From positions 17,298,001-17,362,000 of the forward strand of contig CM059448.1 in the NCBI GenBank assembly GCA_030390025.1: a stretch of DNA of 64,000 nucleotides. The letters run 5' to 3'. The notes under the pieces were generated by a model. That model did not search any database. It was given only the letters and a program-made list of their open reading frames with translations, and was not told where the DNA came from. Positions 12,202 to 25,849 of the stretch are shown piece by piece. This DNA is from Squalus acanthias (lineage: Eukaryota). Made by a program: the position numbers and the translations under genes. Numbering within the stretch: the first letter of the stretch is position 1; each line of letters starts with the position of its first letter.

Positions 12202-12887
12202 TCTTATATAGTGTATGCGGGCTTCAGAAAGACCCAAAATTCCTCAAAATCTGACCTCCATTCAAAAAGGTTAATTTTTGTACTCTTGATATTGATGAAA
12301 GAATGATCCAGAACCAGGACTACGGTTGGATCTACACCAGCAGATTCAGGCACAATAGTTGATCAAATTCAGCCCATTTCATATACCAAATCCATTTTCT
12401 GTTCTGCCCATAACCAGCTGCTGCCTTCACTTGAATTTAATTATATGCATGGATAAAATAAATATAAAATAAATTCTGCTGTTAAACTACCCAATGATAA
12501 TAACCAGAGCTGTGGTAGCTCATTGCAGATTTGACATCTTGAGCCAGGATATTTGGCGCTATCACAACACAACCTTGGTTTCAAACCACAGCATACACAC
12601 CACATCAAAGATAACAATAATTTGCATCACCCTAAAGTGCTTTGTGCTCCTCCTCCCAAGCTGGAAGGCTGTAACATTTCAAGGGAGAAGGGGAAGATGA
12701 TGTGCAAATTGTGTCGGACACCAACTGGATGAAACTGCAGACGAGGAGGCAAACATTTCAAGTTTATGAAATAATCTTGATCTTTGGGTTTACAGTCATA
12801 TAAAATATTGTAAATAATTAAAAATAGAGGTAAGTTAGGAATGCAAAAACATTCTTGGTGTAAAAGATGACAAAAACATTACATGCA

Positions 12888-13300
12888 CCCTGATGGCTCA
12901 GTGGGAAAGGCAGTCTATGTAACAGCCGTACAGACCAGAAGCTGCCAGGATCAATTCTCAGTCTGTGCAGATCTCAGCCAGAATAGTAGTAGATGAGCCT
13001 CAAAACGGCTCAGCACCACTGGGCTGGGATAGGGGGAAAGAAAATTCAGCCAGAACTCCGTGCTTCAGACGACTATTGTGCATCTCCTCTAGGAAAACTG
13101 TGCATGTTTAGACATCAGGTTAAGACAGGATCAGGCTCTGCTAGAATACCCCCACCTGTTGAAAAATCTAACGACCAATGTTCACTATTTAGGCTCACAC
13201 AAGGATAGCACTTAAGTGAGGTAGCTTAGCATGACCACCACCCATGGACCCACACTCCAGAAGAGTCAACACTTGAGCGGGGAGGGGCAAAATTGGGGGG
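12888..13300 (+). mobile_element. Old unclassified SINE-like repeat (related fragments ~3040-3180, 7630-7850, 16350-16690, 17290-17660, 58935-59230)
   Basis: A-box-like head (TGGCTCAGTGG); shared diverged blocks such as GGACAGGATC.GGCT and TGTCTAGGCTCACAC recur in the listed copies. Confidence 0.55.
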
Positions 13301-13609
13301 GGGGAATAACCATGATGCTAAATATTTTGGGAGACTGCGCAAGAATATGTCACCGCAAAAAGTTTTACACCAGAGAGAAAACAGATCCAAACAAGTGTGG
13401 GAGGGTGGGTAAAGAATAAGGATGGTTTTGTTTTACCAGTAACAGAAAAGGCCAGAAAAACACTTTTCGTCTAAGCCCTAATCATACAAAGATGAGCCAC
13501 AGAGGCTGCATCTACACTGTCATTTTCAAGTCGATGCTGACAAAGTTTTACACGCACAGATGCAAAAATTGTAGTATAACTCGGAGATAGTCCCCAATGA
13601 TGAAGATGA

Positions 13610-13850
13610 AGAAGTATTTATATAGCGCCTTTAATGTAGTAAAACATCCCAAGGCGATTCACAGAAGCGCTATAAAACAAAATTTGACATCGTGCCACAT
13701 AAGGAGATATTAGGACAGATGTGGTCAAAGAGGTAGGTTTTAAGGAGCGCCTTCAAGAAGGAAAGAGAGGAAGAGGTTTAGGGAGGGAATACCAGAGTTT
13801 AGGACCTTGGCAGCTGAAGGCACAGCCACCAATGGTGGAGCGATTAAAAT
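13610..13850 (-). mobile_element. L2/CR1-clade LINE 3' end (same tail at ~28265-28395 + and ~57210-57325 +)
   Basis: TATTTATATAGCGCCTTTAATGTAGTAAAACATCCCAAGGCG...GCCACATAAGGAGATATTAGG; the final segment is shared with the Deu-SINE tail. Confidence 0.7.
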
Positions 13851-15826
13851 CATACTAATCACATTAAAATCCATACAAAAACATACTTTTCAATACTGGT
13901 AGAAAGCCTATAGTCCCATGTGTTCTCTCTAACATTTAAAATTAGCCACCTGGGATGCAGAGCTCTACACATCCATCCAAGCACATGTGTGCAGAGCTCC
14001 TTAGATGCTGACCTCAGTGTAAAGAAGGTGTACAGAACACAACCTTGCACTTCACAGATACGGAGACTAGCATAATTACAGCCAGAATCACAAGATAATT
14101 GACAGTTTCAGACACTAGAAATGTTGTTTGAACCCGGACACTGCACGATTCCTTTAAACTCCAAAGTATATAACATTTTCCACTTTCATTTGTGGAACTG
14201 GAATTCTTCATAAACACCGTAAACTGGATGAGTTAACAGTATTCAGAGGCACCTCTGGCTTTTGCGATACAACTGAATGTGCCTATAGAACGTATATAAA
14301 TTCATGATAATCGATCAAGTGACTTGTGTAACTCTAGGGTTACTTTTTGTTGCCCGATACTATGCAATTCACTCTCGTGCCTATAACACTGTAAATCTTT
14401 ATCACCTGATCAAAACATCTTCGGATTTTCTAGGTCCATTCTGAATATACGTGTATTGCATACAAATACAAAACCAGTTTAAATAGCAAAACACAATTTG
14501 AAAAATGAGTCATAAAGACATATAGAAAGGCATTAAAGGTGGCCCCAGGTGTAAAATAGGCCCGTTTATAGCATGTCAAATGATATTGTTACAGAAATGG
14601 TTTTTCATATCACCATTTGGCAATTTAGTCACTAAGCTGTCAATTATACAACAACAGTTTACCTCACAATACACTTCCAGTTGCAGTGCATGCTGTTTTT
14701 ATTATTGGACACAGTTGACTAATTTGACGAGTCAAAGCACCAACTGTTTATTCTGCCATACCTCTGTAATGATATTGCATTCCTGGCCGGTAATGAAACA
14801 TGGCACTTTCCACAGCTTGTAATGTAACTCATTAAATAAGTTAACAACATGCATTTTGCAAACAAGGTCAAATAATTATTATGCAGTTTGACCCTTCCAA
14901 TCACCTTCTTTCAACACAATATGTACATCAATCAAAATGCCAAGTTACAAAAGTCCTACTTTCACATTTATCCAACACATGGTAAAGCTCAAACTCAAAA
15001 GCACTGCTCTGCTTCATCATTCGGCTGTGGCTGAGGGGCTCAATCAAAAGGAATTTGCACACTTGAAATAAAACAATCAACCAAAAATACAGTGCGTTTA
15101 CTGTGCAAGCAGTACATAGTAAATGTGGTTTATAAACACAAGATTATTCGGAACCTTTTAAAGGTTAGCATGTTTTTTGGCTACTTTGCTGACTAGGCAG
15201 ACTGACTAATGCTTTCTTGAAAGATTTTATTTGCAAAATCAATTGTTGCTTCTAGCCCAGATTAATCAAAGCCACTATATTACATGCAATTATTTAAATT
15301 TGGATTTTCTTACATATCCTTACACTCGGAGTCCCTTACTACGAGCTCAAACCATTTTCTTTCACCTTGCCTGTCTTATGCACCTTTAGTGGCTATCTAT
15401 TGGATCTTCATCTTGTCTTCTCAGCTGGGGAAGATGTGTGACACGGTGAAGACAATATAAAATATCAACAGGTGCAATATTATAAAATACATCTTAAACC
15501 AGAACCTCAAGTGTAACATCACAACTGATGAGTGGACGAGTTGGCACTTGATAAAAAGATGAAGTGCTGCAACACTCCAAAGACCACATTGTTTCAAGAA
15601 TCAATGGCAAGCAACAGAATAAGAAAGGAAGGTGCAGCGCAAGCAATACGTTCGGGAGGATTCCAACCTGGTTGTGGTTTTTGATTGTGAAATCTGTAGG
15701 GGAATCAGCAAATCCTCACAGTCAGAAATAGAATCAGTGTCAACAGGTAATGAAAATCTCCATCTGGGAGTCGTCAAACATGATAAATGATTATCAACAT
15801 AAAACATACAATTAAATACAACTTAC

Positions 15827-15964
15827 TGTCCTTCAAAGCAGTTGCAAATTCTGGTCCACCTTTCTTTTTGAAAGTAGGCAAGGAGTCTGGCTGTGGAAGC
15901 TGATTGGCAGTCACAAGAGCTTTCTGTAGTCGGATTCGTCCTTCGAGTAATTGATCCCACAACA
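15827..15964 (-). CDS. AATF: AATF coding exon 4 (start of AATF-Che1 domain); gene continues beyond the left edge
   Basis: Acceptor TTTTGAAG; [46 protein letters not shown]; donor GTAAGT; 138 nt. No convincing exon 5 found in 1-15826. Confidence 0.93.
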
Positions 15965-17051
15965 CTTCAAAAACAGAAGATGCAAATGATTTTAGTTTCT
16001 TCTACTTCAGACTGCTTGCCTTGACAATATTTAAGCAATAAATGGGCGTACACAAGCGCAATCAGTTGTAATTGAGGGAATATAGATTGAAGGGTGAGAC
16101 AACAGGTAGTTTATCAAATTGCGGTCTTCAACTGCAAACTACAGTATGCATGCAAGTTGTGAGCCAATTTATTTTTTGTTTTACACAGCTCAGCAAGGTT
16201 AGAGGTACCTTTATTATCATGGTCTATAAATCTGCTAATACCTTAGACACTACTGTCTCAGACTCCACTCTGTCCCTCAACCTAAATTGGAGGCGAGCAG
16301 CATAACCAATCATAACTTAAGAAAGGCACCCAATTATATCGATCAGGAAGGAATCGGTTTAATTCCCTAGCCCAAATTGAGTTAGCTGAATCATCAGCCG
16401 TGAGCTCAGCATCATCGGCTACCATCAGGGGGTGGGGGCCGTGCACCTCCTGACTTGTCTCCACTGATCCTGGCTAGAAAGTGCGCATGTGTGGATTTCC
16501 GCTGAGAACACACTCAGGTTGGGCTAGGATATCCCCATGGTGGAATGTCCTGCCAAGACACGCTGTCTAGACTCATACATTAAGAATGGGCAAAGTATCG
16601 AAGGGCTGTCAGCAACTATTGAATCCTACCCAGCATCAGTTAGTGCTTTACGAGAGGCAGAAAAAAAAGTTGGGGGAAAAGAAAGAGACCATCTGGTGAA
16701 GAACATCCAGGAAATAAAAACTATTCCGTGAAAATGGCTCAAAATCAGTCCTTGTCAGCTGAAAGATACAGTGCATGCAAAAAAAGCTTTCAGGAGCAGA
16801 ATGCGAGACAGGCAAACCAGCTTAATTTCAAAGCCCATGTGGAACGTTTAGAAACCTATCTGGAGCTTTAATCAACCAGACATTTCGAAACCAGTGAAAG
16901 CAAGATTTGAATCTTAGCAAATAGCTGGAGTAGAATTTTAAGATAATTAATTAGTTTTTTTTTAAAAAGCAACAAAAAAGAGAAAAGGCTTAGTCCCAGT
17001 TCATTCATGTGTAGAGACATTCAGCTGTGTTCAATGTCCTTAACACACCAT

Positions 17052-17139
17052 CAATGTTCCCTCGAAGGTGCGTGGGTGCCCGGCCGCACAGCAAATTTAA
17101 AGGGACCGCGCACCAAAACAAAAATTAGAGGGTACACTG
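17052..17139. mobile_element. hAT-type MITE, copy 2 (88 bp)
   Basis: TIR CAATGTTCCCTC...GAGGGTACACTG; 8-bp flanks CACACCAT/ACCACCAT (6/8); GC-rich core with GGCCGCACAGC shared with copy 1. Confidence 0.68.
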
Positions 17140-18044
17140 ACCACCATCCCTTGATTCTCTCAGTTTGGGCAGAATGAAAGCTACAACTGAATCCCAAATG
17201 ATGAAGGCAGATTGGAGTAAAAGTCTTGGCTTGCACTAGCACCTCAGTATCTGCTGGCCATCAATGGCATGCACGCAGTTCCATCCATTTTTAATTCCTG
17301 TCCTCCCAATTTCACCCTTCGTCTTGCTAAGGTGCGATTCCACAGACACCAGTAGCCCACTTGTATCATGGCCAAGGGGCCATTCTTCATGTGTCAGCCA
17401 ACACAGCGAACATGCTATTTGTGAAGGGTATCACAGCCAAGCTGGATCATGTCCTCACCGGACATCCATGCACATGCATTTTCCAGCAAGGTCACTGGAC
17501 AGCGATCACTGGCTGATTTTATCCCTTCCCAAGCCCAGGGGCACGGAGACCAAATGTAGCATCCAAATGCCCAGCGGACATCAGCTAATGGAGTATAAAT
17601 CGAGAAGTGAACCTTGGAATTTCTCGTCGGTTAGCCTTAGCGCTCCCTTCAGGAGAAATCTCTAGTCATTTTTAAATTCAAAAGAAGTGAAGCTGTGACT
17701 GTCTCAATCCAGAGTAACCATGAAGACCAGTCTTTTACAAATCAACATCTCAATGCATTGCATTTTTAGCATTTTGCTTTTAAGTTTCGTGTTCTTGTGT
17801 TACACTAGCAGATATCCACAACAATGCTTACAGGTAGTCTGAGGACAGGAAAATGTTTGTAATGATTACCTTCTAACCTGAATGCTACTGCTCTAAATAA
17901 GTAAATGCAAGTAATTGTAGCCAGTTAGGTCAGAGAGCAATTGTAATTGCTTGCGAATTTTAGGCTCCAGAGCAATACAGTGTGACATCTGGTGTTTGAT
18001 GGATGCATACTAGATGCAAAGCTTTTATATATAGACTAGTAGGT

Positions 18045-18435
18045 CTTTTTTATTTGTTCATGGGATGTGGGCATCGCTGGCATTTATTGCCCATTCCTAA
18101 TTGCCCTTGAGAAGGTGGTGGTGAGGCTCGTTAAGCCATTTCAGAGGGCAGTTAAGAGTTAACCACATTGCTGTGGGTCTGCAGTCACATATAGGCCAGA
18201 CCCTGGACGGCAGTTTTCCTTCCCTAAAGGACATTAGTGAACCAGATGGGTTTTTATGACAATCCGGTAGTTTCATGGTCACCATTACTGATACGAGCTT
18301 TTTATTCCAGATTTATTTACTAACTGCATTTAAATTCCCCAGCTGCCGTGGTGGGATTTGAACTCACGTCTCCGGATCATTAGTCCAGTCCTCTGGATTA
18401 CTAGTCCAGTAACATAACCACTATGCTACCGTAAC
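18045..18435 (-). mobile_element. tRNA-derived SINE
   Basis: Minus strand begins GGTAGCATAGTGGTTATGTTACTGGACTAGTAATCCAGAGG...GAGTTCAAATCCCACC (A and B boxes) and ends in an A-rich tail. Confidence 0.75.
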
Positions 18436-18514
18436 CCCTGTGGCAATGCTCACAGTAAATCAGATGGTGCGCTGTTTTATGATAACAGGAGGTTTATATC
18501 ATGTAATAAATAAT

Positions 18515-19228
18515 GGCCCGGATTTTGCGGTCAGCAGCGAATGAACAGCGCCAGTCGTTCATTACACTTATGCACAGACTTTCTATGGGCTTTTGCACTG
18601 GAACTTGCGGTAATTAGAAATCCATTTCAACGCGGTGCCCTCTACAGGGAATCTGGGACCTGTGTGAACAGGGCAAGCAACTGTGCATCTCCTTAACCAA
18701 TCAGATTGAAGAATTCTTAATGAGCAGCGCAGAGTCTATACCAGGAAATGCAAGTTAGAATATTTAATTCAATGTAAAATCTTGTACAGGAAGCAAAAGA
18801 GAGAAAGAAAGATGGGATTAAGAGAAAGTAACAAAAGAGACAGAATTTTTTTTTTTAATCTCCAACAATAATTAAAATCTGAGGAAATGAGACTCCACAC
18901 TTGTAAAAGTTAATTTTCAGGGCCAGAAGAGGTCATTTGGCAGTTAAAAATCCACTTACACTAGAATGGACAAGCCCTAACTTTTATTGGCGAGTTTAGT
19001 GGGTATCTAGCAGATAAGGTTAGCAACTTCACGCATCTCACATGTTTCAATGGCGAGTCTTTCGCCGAGATACTGGTATAGTGAAGCTTCTGGAGGAGCA
19101 GGGCAACTCAGACAGCAACTTCCTGATTTCCGTGTTTAACTGCACACGTGTGGCTGCTGTCTGATTTACTCTTTAATAATGGTGAGCGTTGATAGCCTCA
19201 CCGTTATTTTTACCGCAAAATCTGGGCC
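18515..19228. mobile_element. Non-autonomous DNA transposon, PIF/Harbinger-like (714 bp)
   Basis: 17-bp TIR GGCCCGGATTTTGCGGT / ACCGCAAAATCTGGGCC (1 mismatch); 3-bp TSD AAT; no ORF. Confidence 0.72.
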
Positions 19229-21613
19229 AATATATTAGTCTACTAAGCTGGAGCTGTATCCCTTTAAAGTAACAAAGTCGAATTGTGGTTAAGTAAACAC
19301 AAACTCAGGCCACAGTTTAATTGTTATTTGGTCAGGGTACTTTGCAAACTGCAAAGTATTTATCAGTTTCAGCATCAGGTGAAAGTACCCTGGATAAAGA
19401 AAATGGCTCCCATCCCTTCTTTCTTCCAAAAACAGATTACTTTGCATCAGTAATGTATGCATGCACCAAAATACAGCTTTTAATGTATTAGCAAATATCC
19501 AGTGGTGTATTATTTCTCTGCTAATATGATGTGTCTATTTAAGGCGACAAAGTATAATTACTGTTACTGGGCGAGAGTTAGTACAAAGGTTAATTAAGAG
19601 ACTACAAATATTTTGGCTCTGGTATTTTGCATTCTTGAAGAATTGCTTGATTTTTTTTTGAAGTGAGGGCTACACAGAAATTTGGCTCTAATACTAGATG
19701 TGACAAGAAGTATGCACTAGACGTACTGTTTTTAGAATAGCTGTTTACAACAAGTGAGAGAAAGCACTCTTTTATAAACTCTGGAACATTATAGGCGTAA
19801 GTGTGTGTCCCATTAAGCTACAAAATCTATTTGCTATTAAGTAAGCATTGGGATTATAGAAGTCAATTTAAAAGCGGTTATTGTTGGGCAAGTTCATTAA
19901 TTGAAAGACTGCAGATATCCTGGCTCTAGAATTGTGCATTTCTGGGGAGCTCATCACCCTTCTTTTCAAAGTCCAACACAGAATGTGGAAGGCGATAGAT
20001 AGGAAATGTGCAGTTTACATTACCAAGTATGATGATTCTACTTCAAAACATGAGTGTAAACGGGAGTGTCAAAACAGCAGCAGAAGCAAGACAAAAATGA
20101 CTGTCTCAATAGGTGAGAAATACAGTTATGAAAACCACTGTGGAACTGTACCCCAGGAGCACGGAGTTTTTAAAACAAATTTTACAGAAGTATTTTTGAA
20201 ATACTGAAATGGTGAATCAGTCATTCTGAAGACAATAGGAAGGAAGAACTATAAAAGAGTAAAAGATAGGATTTTCTAACACTTTTGCTTGGTCAGTCAC
20301 TGAGTGGCAAAGCTGCCCAAAGCCCGCTGAGAAGGTCAGTCACACTTTAGTGACAGGCCCATCACAAAAGTTACCAGACGCAATTCATACAGACAAATAT
20401 AAAATAGAGTTTATCCAAATACAGGGACACACAGTTACTAAATCTAATCCCGGAAGAAAAATGCAATTTGGTTAATACTCACATGAGGAATGCAACAAAG
20501 TAAAGGAACTAATAATTAAGTGCTTTGAACCATTTTTGAAAGTTTAGAACATTCCTGTGTTCATAGCTGGCAAGAGATATGCCTCTTTAGTTCCACTAGA
20601 GGCATTCCCTACTTAAAAGTAGGAAGGCTGCCTCAGCTAGAAGAAAGCCAAACTGTCACAGCAGGAATTACTGCCAGGCCCAATTCAAGCATCAGAATTT
20701 CCCATTACCTTCTAATACTACACAAATCTGCATCAGAAATACAACATTGTCCACAGATTGTCGGGCTTTTTAGTTGGGTAATGGGGATGGGGAGAAGAGA
20801 AGCTGAGAATAAAGTTATGAATCAACACAACAACTCTCATCGGGTACACTTATTTTAAAAAAGAACTCAAGTCCCTCTTCATGGGCTGGAAAGCCGAAAA
20901 AACACAACCCCAGGAAACTTGAATTCAATCATCATGGTAACTCGGAACATATTGTTCTGTGTCAGATTCCAATGCTTACGTTTTTCTTTGATTTTTATCA
21001 TCTTATTCCCTCCTCCCTCTTTAGATTTCCCTGGGACAGTCAGCCACCAGAAATGCATGAAAGAACCCAAAGGTTACGTCTTTCCTGCAGAAAGGCACCT
21101 CGTTTCTGCCCAACACCGAGATCAGTGCATAGAATTTTTGGGAGAAGCCGACATCTTCCTATAAAGCAGTGCAGCACATTGGGGCACCAATATATTCACC
21201 AAATCACCCCGTTTCCACCAGGCTAAGTTGTTACAAGGTTTATGCAGTATTTTTGGAATGTAGCAAGGTAACATGGTGGAAATTCAGTCATTACTCCATT
21301 AACACTTTGAAACATTCTTAAAGAATATTACTTTTAATTGAAGAGGAGCAGAATCAATCCTGCCCTGCAGAAGAAAACCTCACTCAACTGATCACATAAT
21401 GACATTGACTGAATGTGAAAAATCCCAGATCAACTCCACACTCCACCAGGTGAAGGATGGAGCATGGCGAGAATAGTGAAAATGTAACCAAAGGTCAAGG
21501 GGGAAAAAAAAGGGAAATTATGCTTTTTTACACGACCAAACATTTATTTCCTAATGTAAACACAAGACCACAATAACCACTTTATCACCAGTACAAAGGA
21601 AACATTAACATAC

Positions 21614-21955
21614 CTATTTGGTTTTTTACTGACTGTCCCTTCTCCACCTCTTCGGCCACTTTTTCCTTGGAGAAAGTCATTACTGTGACATTGTCTTTCT
21701 CCGCATCTTCATCACTTCTGTCATCATCTTGATCATCCTCCTCCTCCTCCTCCTCTTCTTCGCCACTATCATCACTTTCTCCAATATCATCCATGCCTTC
21801 TGTGAATTTCTCAAAGTCTTTGATTTTTTGGAAGTCAAAATTACATTCTTTCATCTTATTACTCAAAGGTTCTGTGTTGTTCTCCTCTTCCTCGTCATCT
21901 TCTTCATCCTCAGTGCTTTCCATGTCCTCAGCTGCTTCTTCCTCATCATCATCAT
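21614..21955 (-). CDS. AATF: AATF coding exon 3 (acidic region)
   Basis: Acceptor TGTTAG; D/E-rich stretch, then TEGMDD...VMTFSKEKVAEEVEKGQSVKNQI; donor GTATGT; 342 nt. Confidence 0.92.
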
Positions 21956-22196
21956 CTAACAATTATGGGCATAAAATGTTAAAAGTTTAAAACAGGTTTC
22001 TTAAGACATCATGCTTTTGCCTGCTTGCTTAGCAAATATTTTACACAAATTTTACGTACATATTGAAAGGATATGTAAAATAATTCAGAATTCCCCATCT
22101 AAATACTTATACCACATGACCTATTGGATTTCCCTTCAGCTTTAAGGTTTTGCTAAAACTGGAGATGAAACTACAACCCTGCAACACCTTAAGCTG

Positions 22197-22375
22197 GCAT
22201 AGAAACATAGAAACTAGGAGCAGGAGTAGGCCATTCGGCCCGTCGAGCCTGCTCCACCATTCAATACGATCATGGCTGATCATCCAAATCCAGTACCCTG
22301 TCCCTGCTTTCTCACACAGAATCCCCATCGAGCCTGCACCGACACATATCCCACCCTATCCCCGTAACCCCACTC
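22197..22375 (-). mobile_element. HE1-like SINE 3' fragment
   Basis: Close reverse complement of ~1843-1990; ends in TTTCTATG repeats. Confidence 0.82.
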
Positions 22376-23344
22376 ACACAACTTAATTTTTCATTAGCTA
22401 TACAAATTGAAACCATAAAATTAACCAGATGGCCCAATTTGGTAGGCACCCTGCTGCCAGGTTAAGTTGCTATGTGGTATATGCATATTTTCAACATGTA
22501 ATAGGCTTACATGAAGGGAATTCACGGTCATGGACACCATCAAATGCTTAAAGCAAACACTGCAAACATTGACAAATAGCTGTATGAACTGTACAGTACG
22601 CAAGGTAGGATCCAAGGAGATTCTATGCCTTCTCTTGAAATATGCTTTCTTTTATTTCCAAGAGCAAGATATACTGGGCAACTTCCAAAAGGCAAAGTCA
22701 TGAGCTGTGCAGCCTTGCGACCGGCAGTTATTTAATAAAAAATAAATTCACAGGGACGCAGAGTGTAGTCACCTCTATTTAAAGTGACTCAAAGTGGAGA
22801 ATTCCAAGGCATTTGGGACCTACAGCCATTACAATAATTTCTATTCAATTAAATGTCAGCTGCTTACTTCAGCAAGTGAATACTACTCCCGTTTACAGGT
22901 TATATTTAAAGCCCAAACTACGCACAGTTACCATCCGTATAAATTACATCACTTTTATTTTTGCAGAATCCAAATACAGTCCATTAAGAATAGAAAACCG
23001 CATTTTGGAAATCATTCTACTGCAGCTAAAAATAAAAAGGAAATGTGCAAAGAAAAACTGAATCCCTGCTAACGGAGGAACATTGCTGTATTTTTGATCA
23101 CATGCATTTTCAAGCTAAAAGACTATTTTTTGTTAACTTTTTGCTCTCACTTTGAAGCTAGAAAATGGAGAACGCCCCAACCACGTGACAACAATAAATC
23201 AATTACCTACCCATAAACGTGGGATAATATAAAGCATACGAACTGCACAGCTATTACTTGGGATGGATCTGACTCCCACGTCCTGGGTGTATGGTGTTTT
23301 TAGGACTGCTTGAAACTGTGAAAATGCTGAGGCATATCACCTAC

Positions 23345-23527
23345 CTGATGCGTCAGACAAAGAATCCTCTCCAGCCTCTTCCTGCAATGCCTTTCGCGAG
23401 GTTGCCTGCCCGGCATACCTCCTGTCTATATCAGACAGCAACACTGAAGCATATTTCCGCAGTTTACTGTCAAATGTGCAGTCATCTTCTCCCTCGTCAA
23501 ACCGGTCAATGACTTTGGCAATAGTTG
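23345..23527 (-). CDS. AATF: AATF coding exon 2
   Basis: Acceptor TTCACAG; [16 protein letters not shown]...[26 protein letters not shown] (AATF motifs [10 protein letters not shown] and RYxGxxxSRK); donor GTAGGT; 183 nt. Confidence 0.92.
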
Positions 23528-25849
23528 CTGTGAAGCAAAGAGAAAACTTTAGTCCCGGCATGCACTTGGTTTTAACAGTAAGACAATATAGCTACAGCTA
23601 GCATGCAAACAGCTCAATCCACTTCAATAAAGGCTACAAGACTGCTTCATTATAAAATTGTTAAAGAAGCAATATTCCTTAATTAGCACAGGTGACAGTT
23701 ATAATTTATTTCTATTGATTTTTTTTTTAAGTTTGCTACCACCCTGCTAGGACTGACATTTTCAGAGTGGGTGGGTTGAGCGGGCTACAGCTGTGTGTTG
23801 CTTCCTACCTGCAGTCTGATTCTCCATCAATAGCTGCCCATGGGACAGAAACACTTGCTTCACCGCTATGTCTGACACTCCAGCTAATCGAAGGGAACAG
23901 CAGGTTTAGCGCTGCACGAAAATAAACTTTAACGGTACCCTAGATACTATATTCAATGGTACAATATACCTTTTGTTTCTGAATAAAATGGTTCTTTCAA
24001 TTGTCTACATATGTAAAAAAAAAAGTTTGCTGCACATTGGTTTGTGGCACAATGCAATTACTGTGGATGCTCAAGCTACAGCCAGTGGTCCACACACAGC
24101 TCAGAAAATCCAGGCAACTCCGTCCTTTTTGCACTAATATTTTTTACTTGCTAGGCTGTCCTATTTGAATTTCAGCTGCCCAAAGTTTGGCAAAGTGATT
24201 TTCTTCGCACTGTTGGTGGCTAAATCCCAAATGGTAACACCATGATTCGCAGGACATAGGCAGGTTGGCTGTAGCACAGCACAGAAAGTCCAACATACCA
24301 GTCAGAAACATGGCAGTAGACCAGCAGTAGTTTGTGCAAGGTGAGGTGCCTGATGTTTAGGGGTGTGGAGCTGCTGAGAACAGCTCCACCTGGTTCAGAG
24401 GTGCAAATCAGCAGCTGGGAGAACTAGTGAGTCACATGGGAATAATTAGCCAGAGCTCAGTTTAGGAAATAGGGTTCAAAATAGCAAATTTATATGTGGC
24501 AGGAAGCAAGCAGTGCATGCAGGACGTTTTAAAATATCTATAATTTCAATGTTAAAACTGCTTTCAAATCTAATTTCTCGACATGATATGGTTATCTGTC
24601 ATGCATGGAATCACAAGCCTATTTAAGGCCCTACTTTTGCATGATGCTACTGTACGAGAGCAAAATGCTTATGGCTATAGTCAATTATTAATGAATCCCC
24701 TTCATTTACGACAACATCCTAGGATCATTAAACACTTCTGTACAGCAGGTATATATGAAGTCGCCAGTACTACAGCATATTGTATCTTAGACCACAGATG
24801 TGATAACTGCAAGCCAGTCAGATCACCTCGATGGAACTACTAATACATATATGTAACTTTACCTCAGATTCTGCAATACAACTGTTGGATGACATGCTCC
24901 ATAAAATGAGCACCTGATTACAGGTCATCACCGAACTGCGTGGGGTACACGAGCATCAAAATGACCTTTTAGTTGAAAAAACAGTTCCTATGCTTTAAAA
25001 ATTGAGACCAGAAGAAATTAAAGATAAGAGTGAAGGGTTTCAATAGCTCAAGCAGCGAGAACAAAGTTGAACCAGAAAAGTTGTGAAGACAAGAGCAAGG
25101 AGCTGCTCATCATGTGAACTACCTTCTTCAGATGGCCATTTTGTACCGTTCCTCAAGTCACCAGATGAAGCACTGGGCAAAAAATTAGACCACAAAACAC
25201 ACCTTGACTGTCCCATCTTACCACCAGGAGAAGCGTGTATCTCACCAACAGGGGACAGATCAAGGTGGAGAAACATATGGACAACACTTAATGCCAAACT
25301 GTTAAATATGAAAACGTGAGAGAAACTGAGGAGGATCACCGGTGAAAATGAGTTGCGATTAGGATTAATTTAATATTCAAAAAGGCTTGCAAATCAAATA
25401 TTCTGTTTATGGAAGAATAAAAATTTCATTTATTACATTTTGTCTGCATTATTGTTAGCACAGCGGGCACTTTAGTGCCTCCCATCTCTTTATTGAAAGT
25501 GCCTTCCAAATCTCTCCAGAGAATTTGGTCCACCATCATGAAAATCACATTAGTGGAAATTACAGTTAGAAATTATGACCTGGCACAGCCCCAACTGCCC
25601 TATATTTTCATTATGCGTTAAAGCTAGTTTCATTTTTAGCTGTGACTCACTGGTACTATAAATATTATAAAATAAACAACTACAAACACATGGCCTTAAT
25701 GCCAAGCAGAAATAGGCTTCCCACATTAACTCCTTCACAGATCTAATTTGGAAATACTTTGATGCGTCGGGATACTTAAAGAGTGCCAGTGAATCACAGA
25801 ACTCAGTATAAAAAGCAAGAGCTCTGACAAATTTAAACAAATAGCTTTG

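Noticed and set aside
12633-12650. Minus-strand SHKAL peptide resembling the start of AATF exon 5
   Set aside because: Immediately followed by an in-frame TAG, with no proper acceptor.
23335-23344. Alternative donor 4 nt downstream of the AATF exon 2 donor (GTAG-GTGA)
   Set aside because: It would shift the frame; such tandem donors are common and there is no evidence of use.
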